Source: Narcine bancroftii
Lineage: Eukaryota
Length of the DNA stretch: 64,000 nucleotides
Direction: 5' to 3'
Assembly (NCBI RefSeq): GCF_036971445.1
Contig: NC_091480.1
Span: 61,692,001 to 61,756,000, forward strand
This document shows, one piece after another, positions 1 through 44,470 of this stretch. The stretch's first letter is position 1. Each line of letters begins with the position of its first letter. The translations under genes and the position numbers were made by a program. The notes beneath the pieces are model-generated. The model had not been told where the DNA came from and did not search any database. It saw nothing but the letters and a program-made list of their open reading frames with translations.

Positions 1-49
1 ATAAAGGATCCTGTTTGACCTGCTCAGCTTCTCCAGCACTCTGTGTTTT

Positions 50-1010
50 TAACCTTTCCCTGTAACTCAGTTCCTGAAGTCCAGGCAACATCCTAGTAAA
101 CCTTCTCCGCACTCTTTCTATCTTATTGATACCTTTCCTGTAGTTAGGTGACCAGAACTGCACACAATTCTCCAAATTTAGCCTCACCAATGTCATAAAA
201 CCTCAACATAACATCCCAGATCCTATACTGAATACTTTGATTTATGAAGGTCAATATGCCAAAAGCTCTCTTTACAGACCCATCCACCTGTGACACCACT
301 TTCAGGGAATTATGTATCTGTATTCCCAGATCCCTCTGTTCTACTGCATTCCTCAGTGCCCGAACCCTTACCGAATATGCCCTTTCTTGGTTTGTCCTTC
401 AAAATGCAACACCTCACACTTGTCTGCATTTAATTCCATGTCATTGTTCAGCCCATTTTTCCACCTGGTCCAAATCTCTCTGCAAGCTTTGAAAACCTTC
501 TTCGCTGACCACAACGGCTCCAATCTTAGTGTCATCTGCAAACTTTCTGATCCAATTTACCACATTGTCATCCAGATCATTGATATAGACAACAAACAAC
601 AATGGTCCCAGCACCGATCACTGACATACACCACTAGTCATAGACTTCCAATCTGAGAAGCAATCATCCACCACTACTCTCTGGCTTCTCCCGTCCAGCC
701 AAAGTCGAATCCAATCATGAATACTGAATGTCTGAACCTTCCTGACTAATCTTCCACGTAGGACCTTGTTGAAGGTCTTACTAAAGTCCATGTAGACAAC
801 ATCCAATGGCTTTCCTTCATCAACTTTCCTGGTAACCTCCTCGACAAAGTCAAACAAAGGAAGCCCAGAACATTGAGCTGCCAGTCCTGTCCCTCCTGCA
901 ACCCAGTTTCACTCATGGCCACAATGTCATAATTCATAAGACTGTGACTGTCCACCTTTTCCATGCCCTTCATGATCTTATAAACCTCTAGAGGATCCCC
1001 TCAGCTTCCA
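50..1010 (-). mobile_element. Degenerate CR1 LINE fragment (internally deleted; endonuclease piece fused to RT piece)
   Basis: EEVTRKVDEGKPLDVVYMDFSKTFNKV and LDGRSQRVVVD..VTSGV (RT); NYDIVAMSETGLQEGQDWQLNV (endonuclease). Confidence 0.85.
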
Positions 1011-1195
1011 ACGCTCCAGGAGATGTATCCCAACCTATTCTGATGCCAGCATCTGGGGCAATTGATGGGAATGCTGGGAGAATGGAATGGGATTTGTGCA
1101 GATTTGTGGGTGGAGGGACTTTTCTGGTTCCCTGGCTCTCTGACTGGACTCCCTGGGTGGACAGCAGGGGGTCTTGGGTTCTGCAGTGACCTTGA

Positions 1196-1336
<141 letters not shown>

Positions 1337-1694
1337 TAGTTTGCTGTGGAGCGAGGGGGCAAGTCCAAACAGTCAGAAATGTCAGTAGTGGAAGCAAGAT
1401 GAAGCCACTGACTCATCAGGGACAGGCAGGAGTTGGCCCATCCAGCCTGCTGCCCATTCTGGCCACTCGGCCCATCAAGCCTGCTGCCCCATACTGTGAG
1501 ATCGCTGATCTGACTCCACTTCCCTTCCCCTTCCCCATCAATGTTAATTCCCCATCTGTTCAAAAATCTGTGTCTACAATACATTTAATGAGACAGTCCC
1601 CACTGCTTCCTTGGGCAGAGAATCCCACAGATTCCCCACTCTCTGGGAGAAGCAGATCCTCCTCATCAGGGCACTGAGTCCAGGAGCAATGACA

Positions 1695-2100
1695 TCCCGT
1701 TACAACTGTACAGGACGTTGGGGAGACCACACTAGTATTGTGGTCAGTTCTGGTCACCCAGCTGTTGGAAGGATGTCACTGAGCTGGAAAGGGGGCAGGA
1801 AAGATTCACCAGGATGTTCCCAGGACTGGAGGGCTGGAGTGACAAGGAGAGGCTGGATAGGCTGGGGCTTTTTCCCTGGTGGAGGAGGCTGAGGGGGGAC
1901 CTTCTAGAGGCTTATAAAACCATGAGGGGCATGGATAAGGTGGGTGGTCACAGTCTTTTCCCCAGGGTCAGGGAGTCTAAAACTAGAGGGCAGAGGTTTA
2001 AGGGGAGAGATTTAAAAGGGACCTGAGAGGCAACTTCTTCACACAGAGGGTGGTGGGTTTTGGAACGAGCTGGAAGTGGTGGAGGTGGGGACAATTACAC
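1695..2100 (+). mobile_element. CR1 LINE 3' fragment
   Basis: ERLDRLGLF..RRLRGDLLEAYKTMRGMDKV...ESKTRG motif. Confidence 0.85.
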
Positions 2101-2211
2101 CTTCACCATGTCCTCTGGCAGCTCACCTGTCCCCTTCCCAGTGCAGCAGCACGATAAAGGGGCAATGCCAGACCTTTTTTTCCAAACTGCAGGCAACATC
2201 TTTCCCATTAA

Positions 2212-34139
<31,928 letters not shown>

Positions 34140-34221
34140 TGTCCATGTCTGCAACAAGTAAGGAAACAACTCACACGGACTCCAAGATAACCTCAACTCA
34201 CTGCACAATGTACATCCTTCT

Positions 34222-34465
34222 GCACCCCTCCCTGTGTCTGTAACAGCCTCTAGTTTCCTACACCCCTCCCTATCTCTGTAACCCCCTCCAGTCCCCTACA
34301 CTCCTCCCTATCTCTGTAACCCCTCTGGTCCCCACACCCCTCCCTGTCTGTAATCCCCTCCGGTCCCTACACTCCTCCCTGACTCTGTAACCCCCCCCTC
34401 CCTGTCTGTAACCCCCTCTGGTCCCTACACCTCTCCCTGTCTCTGTAAACCCCTTCGGTCCCTGA
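34222..34465. repeat. Same about 39-bp minisatellite in inverted orientation
   Basis: cccctccctatctctgtaaccccctccagtcccctaca is the reverse complement of the upstream unit. Confidence 0.88.
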
Positions 34466-34605
34466 CATCTCTGGTAAGCCCCTTCTTTGTGAGAAGCTCC
34501 TCCTGCTGGATCGGGTGGTGTTTCTGGCTGGTGGGATGTTGGTGGAGGGGTGATTTGGTTGGGTCTTCACCAATCACTGACCCGGTTGCTTCCTCTGTCC
34601 AACAG

Positions 34606-37600
34606 GAGGCTTCCCTGTGATCACAGCTAGCACTATCTCGTGTACCTGCTTCTTGGAGAGCAGATTATCGACGACTTTCTTACCACCCTTGGACCCCTCG
34701 CCTGCTATTTATCGCGGTGTTCCAGATCAGCTCCAGAGTGGGAGCCTGCATTTTTAGATCAGTGTGGCTGTGTGCAGAGACTCCTGCTGTTCTCGATCAG
34801 TGCAACAGTGTGCAGAGACGCCTGCTGTTCTCGATCAATGTGACAGTGTGCAGCGACGCCTGCTGTTCTACATCAGTGCGACAGTGTGCAGAGACGCCTG
34901 CTGTTCTCGATCAGTGCGACAGTGTGCAGAGACGCCTGCTGTTCTCGATCAGTGCGACAGTGTGCAGAGATGCCTGCTGTTCTCGATCAGTGCGACAGTG
35001 TGCAGAGACGCCTGCTGTTCTCGATCAGTGCGACAGTGTGCAGAGACGCCAGCTGTTCTCGATCAATGTGACAGTGTGCAGCGACACCTGCTGTTCTCGA
35101 TCAGTGCGACAGTGTGCAGCGACGCCTGCTGTTCTCGATCAATGTAACAGTGTGCAGCGACGCCTGCTGTTCTCGATCAGTGCGACAGTGTGCAGAGACG
35201 CCTGCTGTTCTCGATCAGTGCGACAGTGTGCAGAGACGCCTGCTGTTCTCGATCAATGTGACAGTGTGCAGAGACGCCTGCTGTTCTCGATCAACGTGAC
35301 AGTGTGCAGAGACGCCTGCTGTTCTCGATCAATGTGACAGTGTGCAGACGCCTGCTGTTCTCGATCAATGTGACAGTGTGCAGACGCCTGCTGTTCTCGA
35401 TCAATGTGACAGTGTGCAGAGACGCCTGCTGTTCTCGATCAATGTGACAGTGTGCAGACGCCTGCTGTTCTCGATCAATGTGACAGTGTGCAGAGACGCC
35501 TGCTGTTCTCGATCAATGTGACAGTGTGCAGCGACGCCTGCTGTACTACATCAGTGCGACAGTGTGCAGAGACGCCTGCTGTTCTCGATCAATATGACAG
35601 TGTGCAGCGACGCCTGCTGTTCTCGATCAATGTGACAGTGTGCAGCGACGCCTGCTGTTCTCGATCAATGTGACAGTGTGCAGAGACGCCTGCTGTTCTC
35701 GATCAATGTGACAGTGTGCAGCGACGCCTGCTGTTCTCGATCAATGTGACAGTGTGCAGAGACGCCTGCTGTTCTCGATCAATGTGACAGTGTGCAGCGA
35801 CGCCTGCTGTTCTCGATCAATGTGACAGTGTGCAGCGACGCCTGCTGTTCTCGATCAATATGACAGTGTGCAGCGACGCCTGCTGTTCTCGATCAATGTG
35901 ACAGTGTGCAGAGACGCCTGCTGTTCTCGATCAATGTGACAGTGTGCAGAGACGCCTGCTGTTCTCGATCAATGTGACAGTGTGCAGAGACGCCTGCTGT
36001 TCTCGATCAATGTGACAGTGTGCAGAGACGCCTGCTGTTCTCGATCAATGTGACAGTGTGCAGAGACGCCTGCTGTTCTCGATCAATGTGACAGTGTGCA
36101 GCGACGCCTGCTGTTCTCGATCAGTGACAGTGTGCAGCGACGCCTGCTGTTCTCGATCAATGTGACAGTGTGCAGCGACGCCTGCTGTTCTCGATCAATG
36201 TGACAGTGTGCAGCGACGCCTGCTGTTCTCGATCAATGTGACAGTGTGCAGCGACACCTGCTGTTCTCGATCAATGTGACAGTGTGCAGAGACGCCTGCT
36301 GTTCTCGATCAATGTGACAGTGTGCAGAGACGCCTGCTGTTCTCGATCAATGTGACAGTGTGCAGAGACGCCTGCTGTTCTCGATCAATGTGACAGTGTG
36401 CAGAGACGCCTGCTGTTCTAGATCAGTGCGATGGTGTGCAGAGACGACTGCTGTTCTAGATCAGTGCGCAGCAATGCCTGTTCAAGACCACTGTTGCACT
36501 GTACAGCGACGCCTGCTGTTCTAGATCAGCGCGGCAGCGTAAAGAGACACCTGCTGTTCTAGATCAGTGCGCCAGTGTACAGATGCCTGCTGTTCTAGAT
36601 CAGTGCGACGGTGTGCAGAGACGACTGCTGTTCTACATCAGTGCGCCAGTGTACAGACGCCTGCTGTTCTAGATCAGTGCGACGGTGTGCAGAGACGACT
36701 GCTGTTCTACATCAGTGCGCCAGTGTACAGACGCCTGCTGTTCTAGATCAGTGCGACGGTGTGCAGAGATGCCTGTTGTTCTAGATCAGTGTGACAGTGC
36801 AGCGACACCTGCTGTTCTAGATCAGTGCGCCAGTGTGAAGAGACACCTGCTGTTCTAGATCAGTGTGACAGTGTGCAGACGCCTGCTGTTCTAGATCAGT
36901 GTGATAATGGTGGCACCTGTGGGGATCACTCACTGTTCGAAATCCATATTACTCCCCAGGATCACCCGATATTCCACATTAGGGTTGGCACTGAGCAGGA
37001 TACCAACAGTTCTTGATCTACACCACAGTGGTCAGAATCTCCAGTTGTTCTAGATCAGCACAGCAGTGGGTGGGTTCTCCCAGTGTTTGCACTCAACGTG
37101 GATATTGTGCAGGATTTCCTGTTGTTCTAGATCAACATAGAACCTACCGGGTATGGTGTCCCATTGTTCTGGACCAATGGAAGGAATTCTGATTCCTCAA
37201 TCAGCATGAAACTGGGCAGATTTGAGGACTGTTCTGGATCACTGTCACATTGCAGGGGACATCCTCTTGCAGAGAACTCAGGTTGGTGGAGGTGGGGAAA
37301 AGCCTATTGCAACAACAAGCTGAGTACCCACATCCCTGAGGACCCTCAGTCTTGTGGAATGATGACAGACGTCCTGGTCCCCATTGAAGCCCTGTTCCTG
37401 ACCACCATTAGCAAAGCAAAATGTTGTCATTTACTGTCCAAAGGCACAGCCACATGCACAGAGGGCCTGTGGAGAGGGGCTGAATTGGCCTCCTGCTATT
37501 CCTACAGGAGAACCCTTCCCTTGCTTTGGTGTGGTTGTTGCTGTTCCACCTCTTGTATGAAGCCTCCCTTCCCATCTGCCTCTCCCAGTCAGCCTCCTCT

Positions 37601-37725
37601 GTGAACATATCCCCCACCTGTATGCATCCTGTCTATGCTGCATGTAAAACTGTGTAACGCTCTTCAGAAAACTGGCATCCACCCCGAGATTAAATTAAAA
37701 AATAAACCATGAGGTGACCTGGTGA
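34606..37725 (+). other. KIF5A: Probable non-coding last exon (3'UTR) of KIF5A
   Basis: Acceptor tcctctgtccaacag| at 34605 follows the post-stop donor; polyA signal cluster at 37689-37706; human KIF5A also has a UTR-only last exon. Confidence 0.6.
34770..36905. repeat. 2.1-kb 38-bp minisatellite (gacgcctgctgttctcgatcaatgtgacagtgtgcaga)
   Basis: Direct reading; homogeneous centre, degenerate 3' edge with tctaga variants. Confidence 0.95.
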
Positions 37726-37742
37726 CTTTGGTTTTATTTGTG
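37689..37742 (+). terminator. Polyadenylation signal cluster (ATTAAA, ATTAAA, AATAAA) with downstream GU/U-rich element
   Basis: attaaattaaaaaataaa at 37689-37706 and ggtgactttggttttatttgtg at 37721-37742. Confidence 0.65.
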
Positions 37743-38069
37743 CCCTGTACCTGGGTGGTGAGGCGAGTAGGCAGGGAGAGGTTAGAGCAGAGATTACATC
37801 AATCTCTCCATTGAACATGCAGTGAGCACATTGCCCCTCCTTGCAGTCTTTTCCCCATCACCATCTCTTACCCATACACTCCTGATTCTCCTGCAGCTGA
37901 CCCCAGCCTTGCTTCTGCTCCCCCTGCTCCCCATCCTGCCCCCACTCTTGCATCCGTGCTACACCACCTTTCTGGTTGATCTTTACACCCCCTCCTTTAA
38001 AATCTCAGCAACCAGGTCATCTGGTCTGGCGGGGGGGGGGTATCTCATTTCATTCCCATTACTTGCTCA

Positions 38070-38935
38070 GAATCATAATTTATTGTCGTGAACATGTCAG
38101 GAAATTCGTTGTTTTGCGGCAGTATCGCAGGGCAAACGTTATATAAACCTCCTTACAAAATAAATAAAAATAGTTAACCAAAAAGAAAAAGTCAAAGTGA
38201 GGCCGTGTCTATGGTACATTGATCATTGAGGAATCTGATAGCAGTGGTTAAGAAGCTGTCCTTGTGCCGCTGAACACTTGTCTTCAACAGACTTCTTGCT
38301 TGATCCACAGCGACAAACTGTACCTTTTCCCCGATGGTAGCAGAGGGAAGAGGGCATGGTCTGGGTGGTGGGGTCTTTAAGGATAGAGGCTGCTTTCTTA
38401 AGACACCACTTCATGTCGATGTCCTCGATGGAGTGAAGTCTGGTGCCTGTGATGTTGCAGGCTGAATTAACAACCTTCTGGAGTTTATTCTTGTCCTGAG
38501 AGTTGGCACCTCCACACCAGGCAGTGATGCAACCAGCCAGAATGCTCTCCACGGTCCACCTGCAGAAGTTTACAAGAGTCTTCAGTGACATACTGAATCT
38601 TCTCAGACACCTCACAAAGTATAGCTGCTGGTGAGCCTCCTTCATGATTGCATCAACGTGGATGGTCCAGGACAAATCCTCGGAGATGTTGATCCCCAGG
38701 AATTTGAAGTTCTTGATCCTCTCCATTACTGAGCCCTCGATGAGGACTAGTTCGTGTTCCCCTGACTTCCCCCTGAAGTCCACAATCATTTCCTTGGTTT
38801 TGCTAATGTTAATTGCAAGGTTGCCGTGACATCATTCAACAAGTTGATCTATCTCCCTCCTGTACACTTCCTCATCACCATCTGTGATTCTGCCGACAAC
38901 TGTGGTGTCATCAGTAAACTTGTAGATGGCATTTC
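38070..38935 (-). mobile_element. Rex1/Babar-like LINE 3' fragment
   Basis: KFTDDTTVVG, MIVDFR..FKFLGINISEDLSW..QQLYFVR..VESIL motifs; a short related 3' piece lies at about 11350-11600. Confidence 0.8.
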
Positions 38936-39080
38936 AGCATCCAGAACATCCTCCACTGAAGCTAATGTCTTTTTGTGGTGAATGTCTGACAAGCTGCCTG
39001 TCTCCCCTCTGGCGAGCCTTGCTGTACTAACATTGGCTGTACTAAGAATGGCCCCCCTTAAGAAGTTACCACCCGAGATT

Positions 39081-41031
39081 GAGTCACGTGATGGAGTAGT
39101 GGCCGGTCAGGGAACTCCAGCCCTCTCCGGAAAAGTTTAAAAAAAATACATAAAACACAAAGGTACAAGAATAAAAATTAAAACAAAGTAAAAGTATTAG
39201 TGAAGAGAGAAAAGTCGAAAGCAACGGGAAGAAGAGAAGAAGAAAGAACGTCGGTAGAACAACAGATGACCAACCCAAAGCAAGAAGAAGAACATAGAGA
39301 AATGGAAGAAGAAGGGAAAGGCAAGACAATGGATTTTTTTTTAAAGAATATATGGAATCAGTAAAAGAATGGCAATTACAAGAATTTAGTGAAATAAAAA
39401 GAAGAATTAAAAGTGCAGAAGAAAAAATGAATAGAATAGAGATGGTCATGTCAGATATAGGAAAAAGAGTGGACAAGGTGGAAGAACGAGAAACAATTGT
39501 AGAAATGGAAGTAGAGGACTTAAAAGAGAAATTAGAAGAATCTAATAAAAAAGTTAAAGAGACACAAGAGCTGTTAGCTCAGAAGATAGATATAATGGAA
39601 AATTATAATAGAAGAAATAATATAAAGATAGTGGGCCTTAAGGAAGATGAAGGCGGCAAGAATATGAGAGAATTTATAAAAGATTGGATCCCCAGGGTCT
39701 TAGGAAGACCAGAATTACAGGAAGAAATGGAAATAGAAAGGGCACATAGAACATTGGCCCCGAAACCACAGCCACAACAAAAGCCAAGATCCATTTTAGT
39801 AAAATTCTTAAGATATACAACAAGAGAAAATATATTGCAGAAAGCAATGAAGAAAATAAGAGAAGACAAAAAGCCACTGGAATACAAAGGTCAAAAATTT
39901 TTTTTCTATCCAGACATAAGTTTTGAACTCCTGAAGAAGAGAAAGGAGTTTAATACAGCAAAAACGATCCAATGGACAACAGGATATAAAATTATGTTAA
40001 AGTACCCAGCGGTACTTAAAATAGTTATTCCAGGGCAGCAAAACAGACTATTCTCGGATCTGGAGGAAGCACGAAAATTTGCAGAACAACTACAAAACAG
40101 GCAGAGAGATGAAGACATGTAACGAGAGTAAAAATGACCACGAACTATATGTATGTGTGTATATGGGTATATATATAGGTGTGTATGTATATATATGTGT
40201 ACATGAGTGTATCTGTATTTAGAGGAAAATATATAGAGTATAGATAAGAATTAATAAGGGAATGAAAGGGAACAGAGGAAGAAAGGAGGGAATTAAAAGA
40301 GTGACCTTTGTTATATATGAAAATTGAAATCTTTTCTGGGGGAGCTGGGTGGGGAGGAGTTACGGTAACTGCAAAATGAGTTGACGTTTGCGAGTGAATT
40401 CGCAAATCCAAATGGAGAGGGGAGATGTGGTTTACGACAAGGGATAAAGGGCAACTCAGGAAGGGGAGGGGATAATGGGGTTAAAGAAATTTTAGATAGG
40501 AGAATAAGGAAAATCTTTGATGTTTTAGAAATGTTGTCTTATAAAGTGTTCAAAACAAGAAAGCAGAAGTGGATAAGAAGGAAAGGTGATGATGAGGAAA
40601 CGGAAAGGGAAGATAAACAAAGTATGAAATGGCTACGTTGAACTATATGACTTTAATGGAATACATAACCAAATCAAAAGAAAGAAACTGCTAAATTTAC
40701 TGAAAAAAGAAAAAAATTGATATTGCATTCGTGCAAGAAACACATTTAACTGAAATGGAGCACAAGAAATTAAAGAGAGATTGGGTAGGACATGTAACAG
40801 CAGCGTCATATAATTCAAAAGCTAGAGGAGTAGCTATATTAATCAGTAAAAATGTACCAATTAAAATAGAAGAGGAAATAATAGATCCAGCAGGGAGATA
40901 TGTAATGCTAAAATGTCAGATATATTCAGAGTTTTGGAATTTACTCAATGTATATTCACCTAACGAAGAAGATCAAAAATTTATGCAAGATATTTTTTTG
41001 AAGATAGCAGACACGCAAGGGAACATACTAA
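39081..41031 (+). mobile_element. L1 family B 5' part (5'UTR, ORF1, inter-ORF, start of ORF2) running into the gap
   Basis: 256-aa ORF1 ([25 protein letters not shown]); near-identical to the 48284 element; deletion in the 5' part of ORF1. Confidence 0.93.
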
Positions 41032-41231
41032 NNNNNNNNNNNNNNNNNNNNNNNNNNNNNNNNNNNNNNNNNNNNNNNNNNNNNNNNNNNNNNNNNNNNN
41101 NNNNNNNNNNNNNNNNNNNNNNNNNNNNNNNNNNNNNNNNNNNNNNNNNNNNNNNNNNNNNNNNNNNNNNNNNNNNNNNNNNNNNNNNNNNNNNNNNNNN
41201 NNNNNNNNNNNNNNNNNNNNNNNNNNNNNNN
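41032..41231. other. Assembly gap (200 N)
   Basis: Direct reading. Confidence 1.
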
Positions 41232-41477
41232 TTCTCCACCGCGGGCCTCTTCGAACAGGTAAGGCCTTCTCCTTCTTCTTCCGTTGTCTTCTCTTCCTCT
41301 CTTCTTACCGTTGGTTTCGATTTTTCTTTTTTCGTCGCCATCTTCTTTCCACCTTTATACTCACTTTACTTTAATTTTTATTTTTGTGTCTTTGTGATTT
41401 CCTTTATTTTTTTTGACTTTTTTGGAGAGGGCTGGAGTTCACCGTCCGGCCACTACTCCATCACACGACTTCCCCCC
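41232..41477 (-). mobile_element. L1 family B 5' end, opposite orientation
   Basis: Reverse complement gggggaagtcgtgtgatggagtagtggccgg matches the family 5' end; MATKKEKSK ORF1 start. Confidence 0.88.
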
Positions 41478-42225
41478 TGGCTTTGGAGAAGATGCAGAGG
41501 GGGTTCATGAGGTTGATGCCAGAGATGAGGGGGTTGGCTTATGAGGAGAAATTGATGCATCTGGGACTGGACTTGCTGGAATTTAGAAGGATGAGAAAGG
41601 ATCTTATAGAAACGTATAAAATTATGAAAGGCATAGATAGGCGTAGATAAGTTGTTTCCATTGGTTGGGGAGACCAGAACTAGGGAACATGACCTTAAGG
41701 TCCAGGGTATAGATTTAGGATGGAGATGAGGAGAAATTGCTTTTCCCAGAGGGAGGTGAATCTTGGAATTTTCTGCCCATTGAAGCAGTGGGTTTCAGTA
41801 AAATATAGTTTCAGTAAAATATAGTTAAGACAAGGTTGGATAGGTTTGTAAGTAGTCAGGGAATTAAGGTAGGTGGAGATGTGCCTATTATTAGATCAGC
41901 CATAATCACATTGAAAGGCAGAGCAGGCTCAATGGGCCAGATGACCAACTCTTATGTTCTTATAGTCTGAAGATTCAGGGTATCAGATTTTGGACAAACA
42001 TGAGGAGGAACTACTGCTCCTTCAGAAATTAGTGAATCTGTCCAAAGAAGCAGTGGACGCTGACTCATTGAATATATTTGAAAATGCAAATGCAGAGATT
42101 TCTGAATAGTGGGGGAATTATTCCAAGTAAGCAGAGCTGAGTCCATGGCCAGAAGACATTATTGAATGGCAGAGCAGGTTCAACGGGCCTAGTGGCAGAG
42201 TCCTGCTCTTGTTTCTTATGTTCTG
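41478..42225 (+). mobile_element. CR1 3' fragments
   Basis: LGLDLLEFRRMRKDLIETYKIMKGID-type coding and CR1-type 3' tails (ttatgttctt). Confidence 0.7.
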
Positions 42226-43734
42226 CATCCCTATACCTGCCCAAAATACGTAGAAGCTATAGATCTAAATCCTTTTATTATCATGTAATAAAGAAAAAGG
42301 TAATATTACACAAAATTTCCAGAGTCACCATTAGTATTTCCCAGCACCCCTTACAGTCAGAGAAAGAGAAGCAAAAGAGAGTTCCTTCAGTCATTGAGTG
42401 ACCGTGGATTTGCCTCCAGTGCTCCCACATTCTCTGTAGCAGTACAGACTCCCATCTGTCGGCAACCTGAGCTCCAATTCCAAAGCAGTTCCAAAGTTCA
42501 GGAAGCCTTCAGTGCCCGAGGCCCTTCGGGAGCCTCTCTTTCCTTCAGCACCCTCTCTATTCCCGGTTCCAGTACATGGTTCCCATGAGCCTGCAGCCTG
42601 TGTGAGTCCTTCAACTGAGTTGCCAACAGCCTGCAGCCTGTGTGAGTGCATCAGCTGCTGGGCCAGAGGGTTGTCTTTCAGGCTTCTCCATCTCAACCGG
42701 TGGTGGGCTGGGGGGGGGTTCTTACTGTTTCAGGTGCCCTGCTGCTTCCCCGGAATCTGCAACACCTCCAGACCGCTGCCCCACATAGGCGTCACCATCA
42801 TTTAATATGATTTAAAGCCTGTACTGAGCCGTCAGCATTAGGACCAGTTGGACCCTGCATAGGAGTGCTGTGTCTCCGCTCCCTGCTCTCCTGGGCTCGC
42901 ACCAGCGGTAGCGCAGCCATCTAACATAAATTGGAGGGCAACTGCATCCTGGTACAAGGTGTCCTCAAAGCCCAACTCCTGCCTGAACAATGACTGCCGA
43001 AATGTCAGATCCAGCTCATCAACTCTAAGCTGAGGTTTCTGAAATGGCAGGCTCTTACTGTGGATGTGAGTTCAAATCCCACCTCCTGCAGCTGTTGTGC
43101 ATCACCTGCTCTGCCTGGTTCACTTAATATAAGCCATTTATTTTATTCTCCTGCAGCTACAACCCCAGTATTACCCACACAAACTACTCCAATCCATGGA
43201 TAAACCCACAGTTCTTAGGTTAAATACCCCAATCCGCAGAACAATACCCAAATTCCCAGGACAATTCCCCCACCCCCCAATATAATATCCTGCTCCGAGA
43301 ATCCCCCGTTGCACCTGAAAGCAGCACCAGGCAAAGCTGCTGACAGCTTTCAGGTGCCTAGCAGGGGTTGGGCTGATGATAGCTGGTGACCCAACTCCCC
43401 GCTGTCTGACGGTCCCCCGGCGGTGGACCCGGGGCTGGGGTGGCCGGTGGGGGACTATGGGGCTGGGGGGGTTGTCAGGCAGTGGGGAGGTAAGCTGTCA
43501 GATGGCTGCCCCCGCCCCGACTCAGGAGCCGGCGTTTGCTCTGCAGCCCCCTCTTCCCGCTTAAGACCTTTCAGGTGGCGGGCAGAACACCTCCTTCAGT
43601 GCTGCCACCTGAACGTCCCTTCGCAGACACCCGCAGCCGCTCTGCAGCCACATTCTCCAGGCGATTCCACCTGAAAGCAGCTCTACGCCGATCCCGCGCC
43701 AGCGGCCAGAGTGGCGTTCAAATCTGGCGCTCTC

Positions 43735-43875
43735 CGTCAGGAATTTGTACGTTCTCTCCCCGTGTCTGCGTGGGGCTTCCCTGGAGAGGGGCTCCGGTTC
43801 CCTCCCACCCTCCAAATGTACTGGGGGTGGGGTAATTGAGCAGCAAATTTAGCCGTGTAAATTTAAAATTTAAAA
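43735..43875 (+). mobile_element. V-SINE (HE1-like) fragment
   Basis: Core tttgtacgttctctccccgtgtctgcgtggg...gctccggttccctccca. Confidence 0.65.
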
Positions 43876-44046
43876 AGTTTGCACTAGTTTTGGTACAAAC
43901 TTCACTTTATGTTTCTCTTTCTCTGTCCCAGGAACATGATGCGATCTATGAACTCATCATAGTTGGTGCAACTGTTGCGAGGGTCGCACATTCACACTCA
44001 CCCGTGCGATCCTCAAGTCCAACTCGGGACAAAGCCGGCTCTGTCC

Positions 44047-44194
44047 GTTGCCATGGAGACTAGTCCGGTGCGCGAGAAGGTGCCAGCCTCTTGGCGGTAG
44101 TTGCCATGGAGACCAGTCCCGTGCCTTTGGTCTCGCAGGGCCCGGTGCAAGTTGTCCCTGGAAACGAGGGCGGGGCTTGGTTGCCCCTGGAGAG
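44047..44194 (+). promoter_or_regulatory. PIP4K2C proximal promoter: X-box (RFX)-like motifs and a GC box in a CpG-rich stretch
   Basis: GTTGCCATGGAGAC at 44047 and 44100; GTTGTCCCTGGAAAC at 44151; GGGCGGGGC at 44168; GTTGCCCCTGGAGAG at 44180; 120-270 bp upstream of the ATG. Confidence 0.6.
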
Positions 44195-44314
44195 GCCTAA
44201 TGGGCGTGGCGCCGTGCACTACGTGATTAGCTTACCTGTGGCCTGGCGCTTCAGGTGAAGCCTGGCTGCTCGAGTGAGTGTGGGTCGGTTCGGCTAGGGC
44301 AGGCCCCGGGTGGC

Positions 44315-44470
44315 ATGGCCTCCTCGGCCAACTCCTCCAACCCGCCCAGTGTTTCGGCCAGCAAGACAAAGACCAAAACCAAGAAGAAACATTTCGTGTC
44401 CCAAAAAGTGTCAGTGTTCCGGGCAGGCAACCCGGTGGTCAGCGTCTTCATGTGGGGCGTCAACCACTCG
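44315..44470 (+). CDS. PIP4K2C: PIP4K2C exon 1 coding part (156 bp)
   Basis: ggcATGG start; MASSANSS...[32 protein letters not shown]|gtgagg. Confidence 0.92.

Noticed and set aside
34717..36905. CRISPR-like regular array or Cys-rich ORFs
   Set aside because: Head-to-tail 38-bp units with no unique spacers, no cas genes, vertebrate context
40731..41510. 259-aa ORF spanning the gap
   Set aside because: Artefact of translating through N bases between two separate L1 copies
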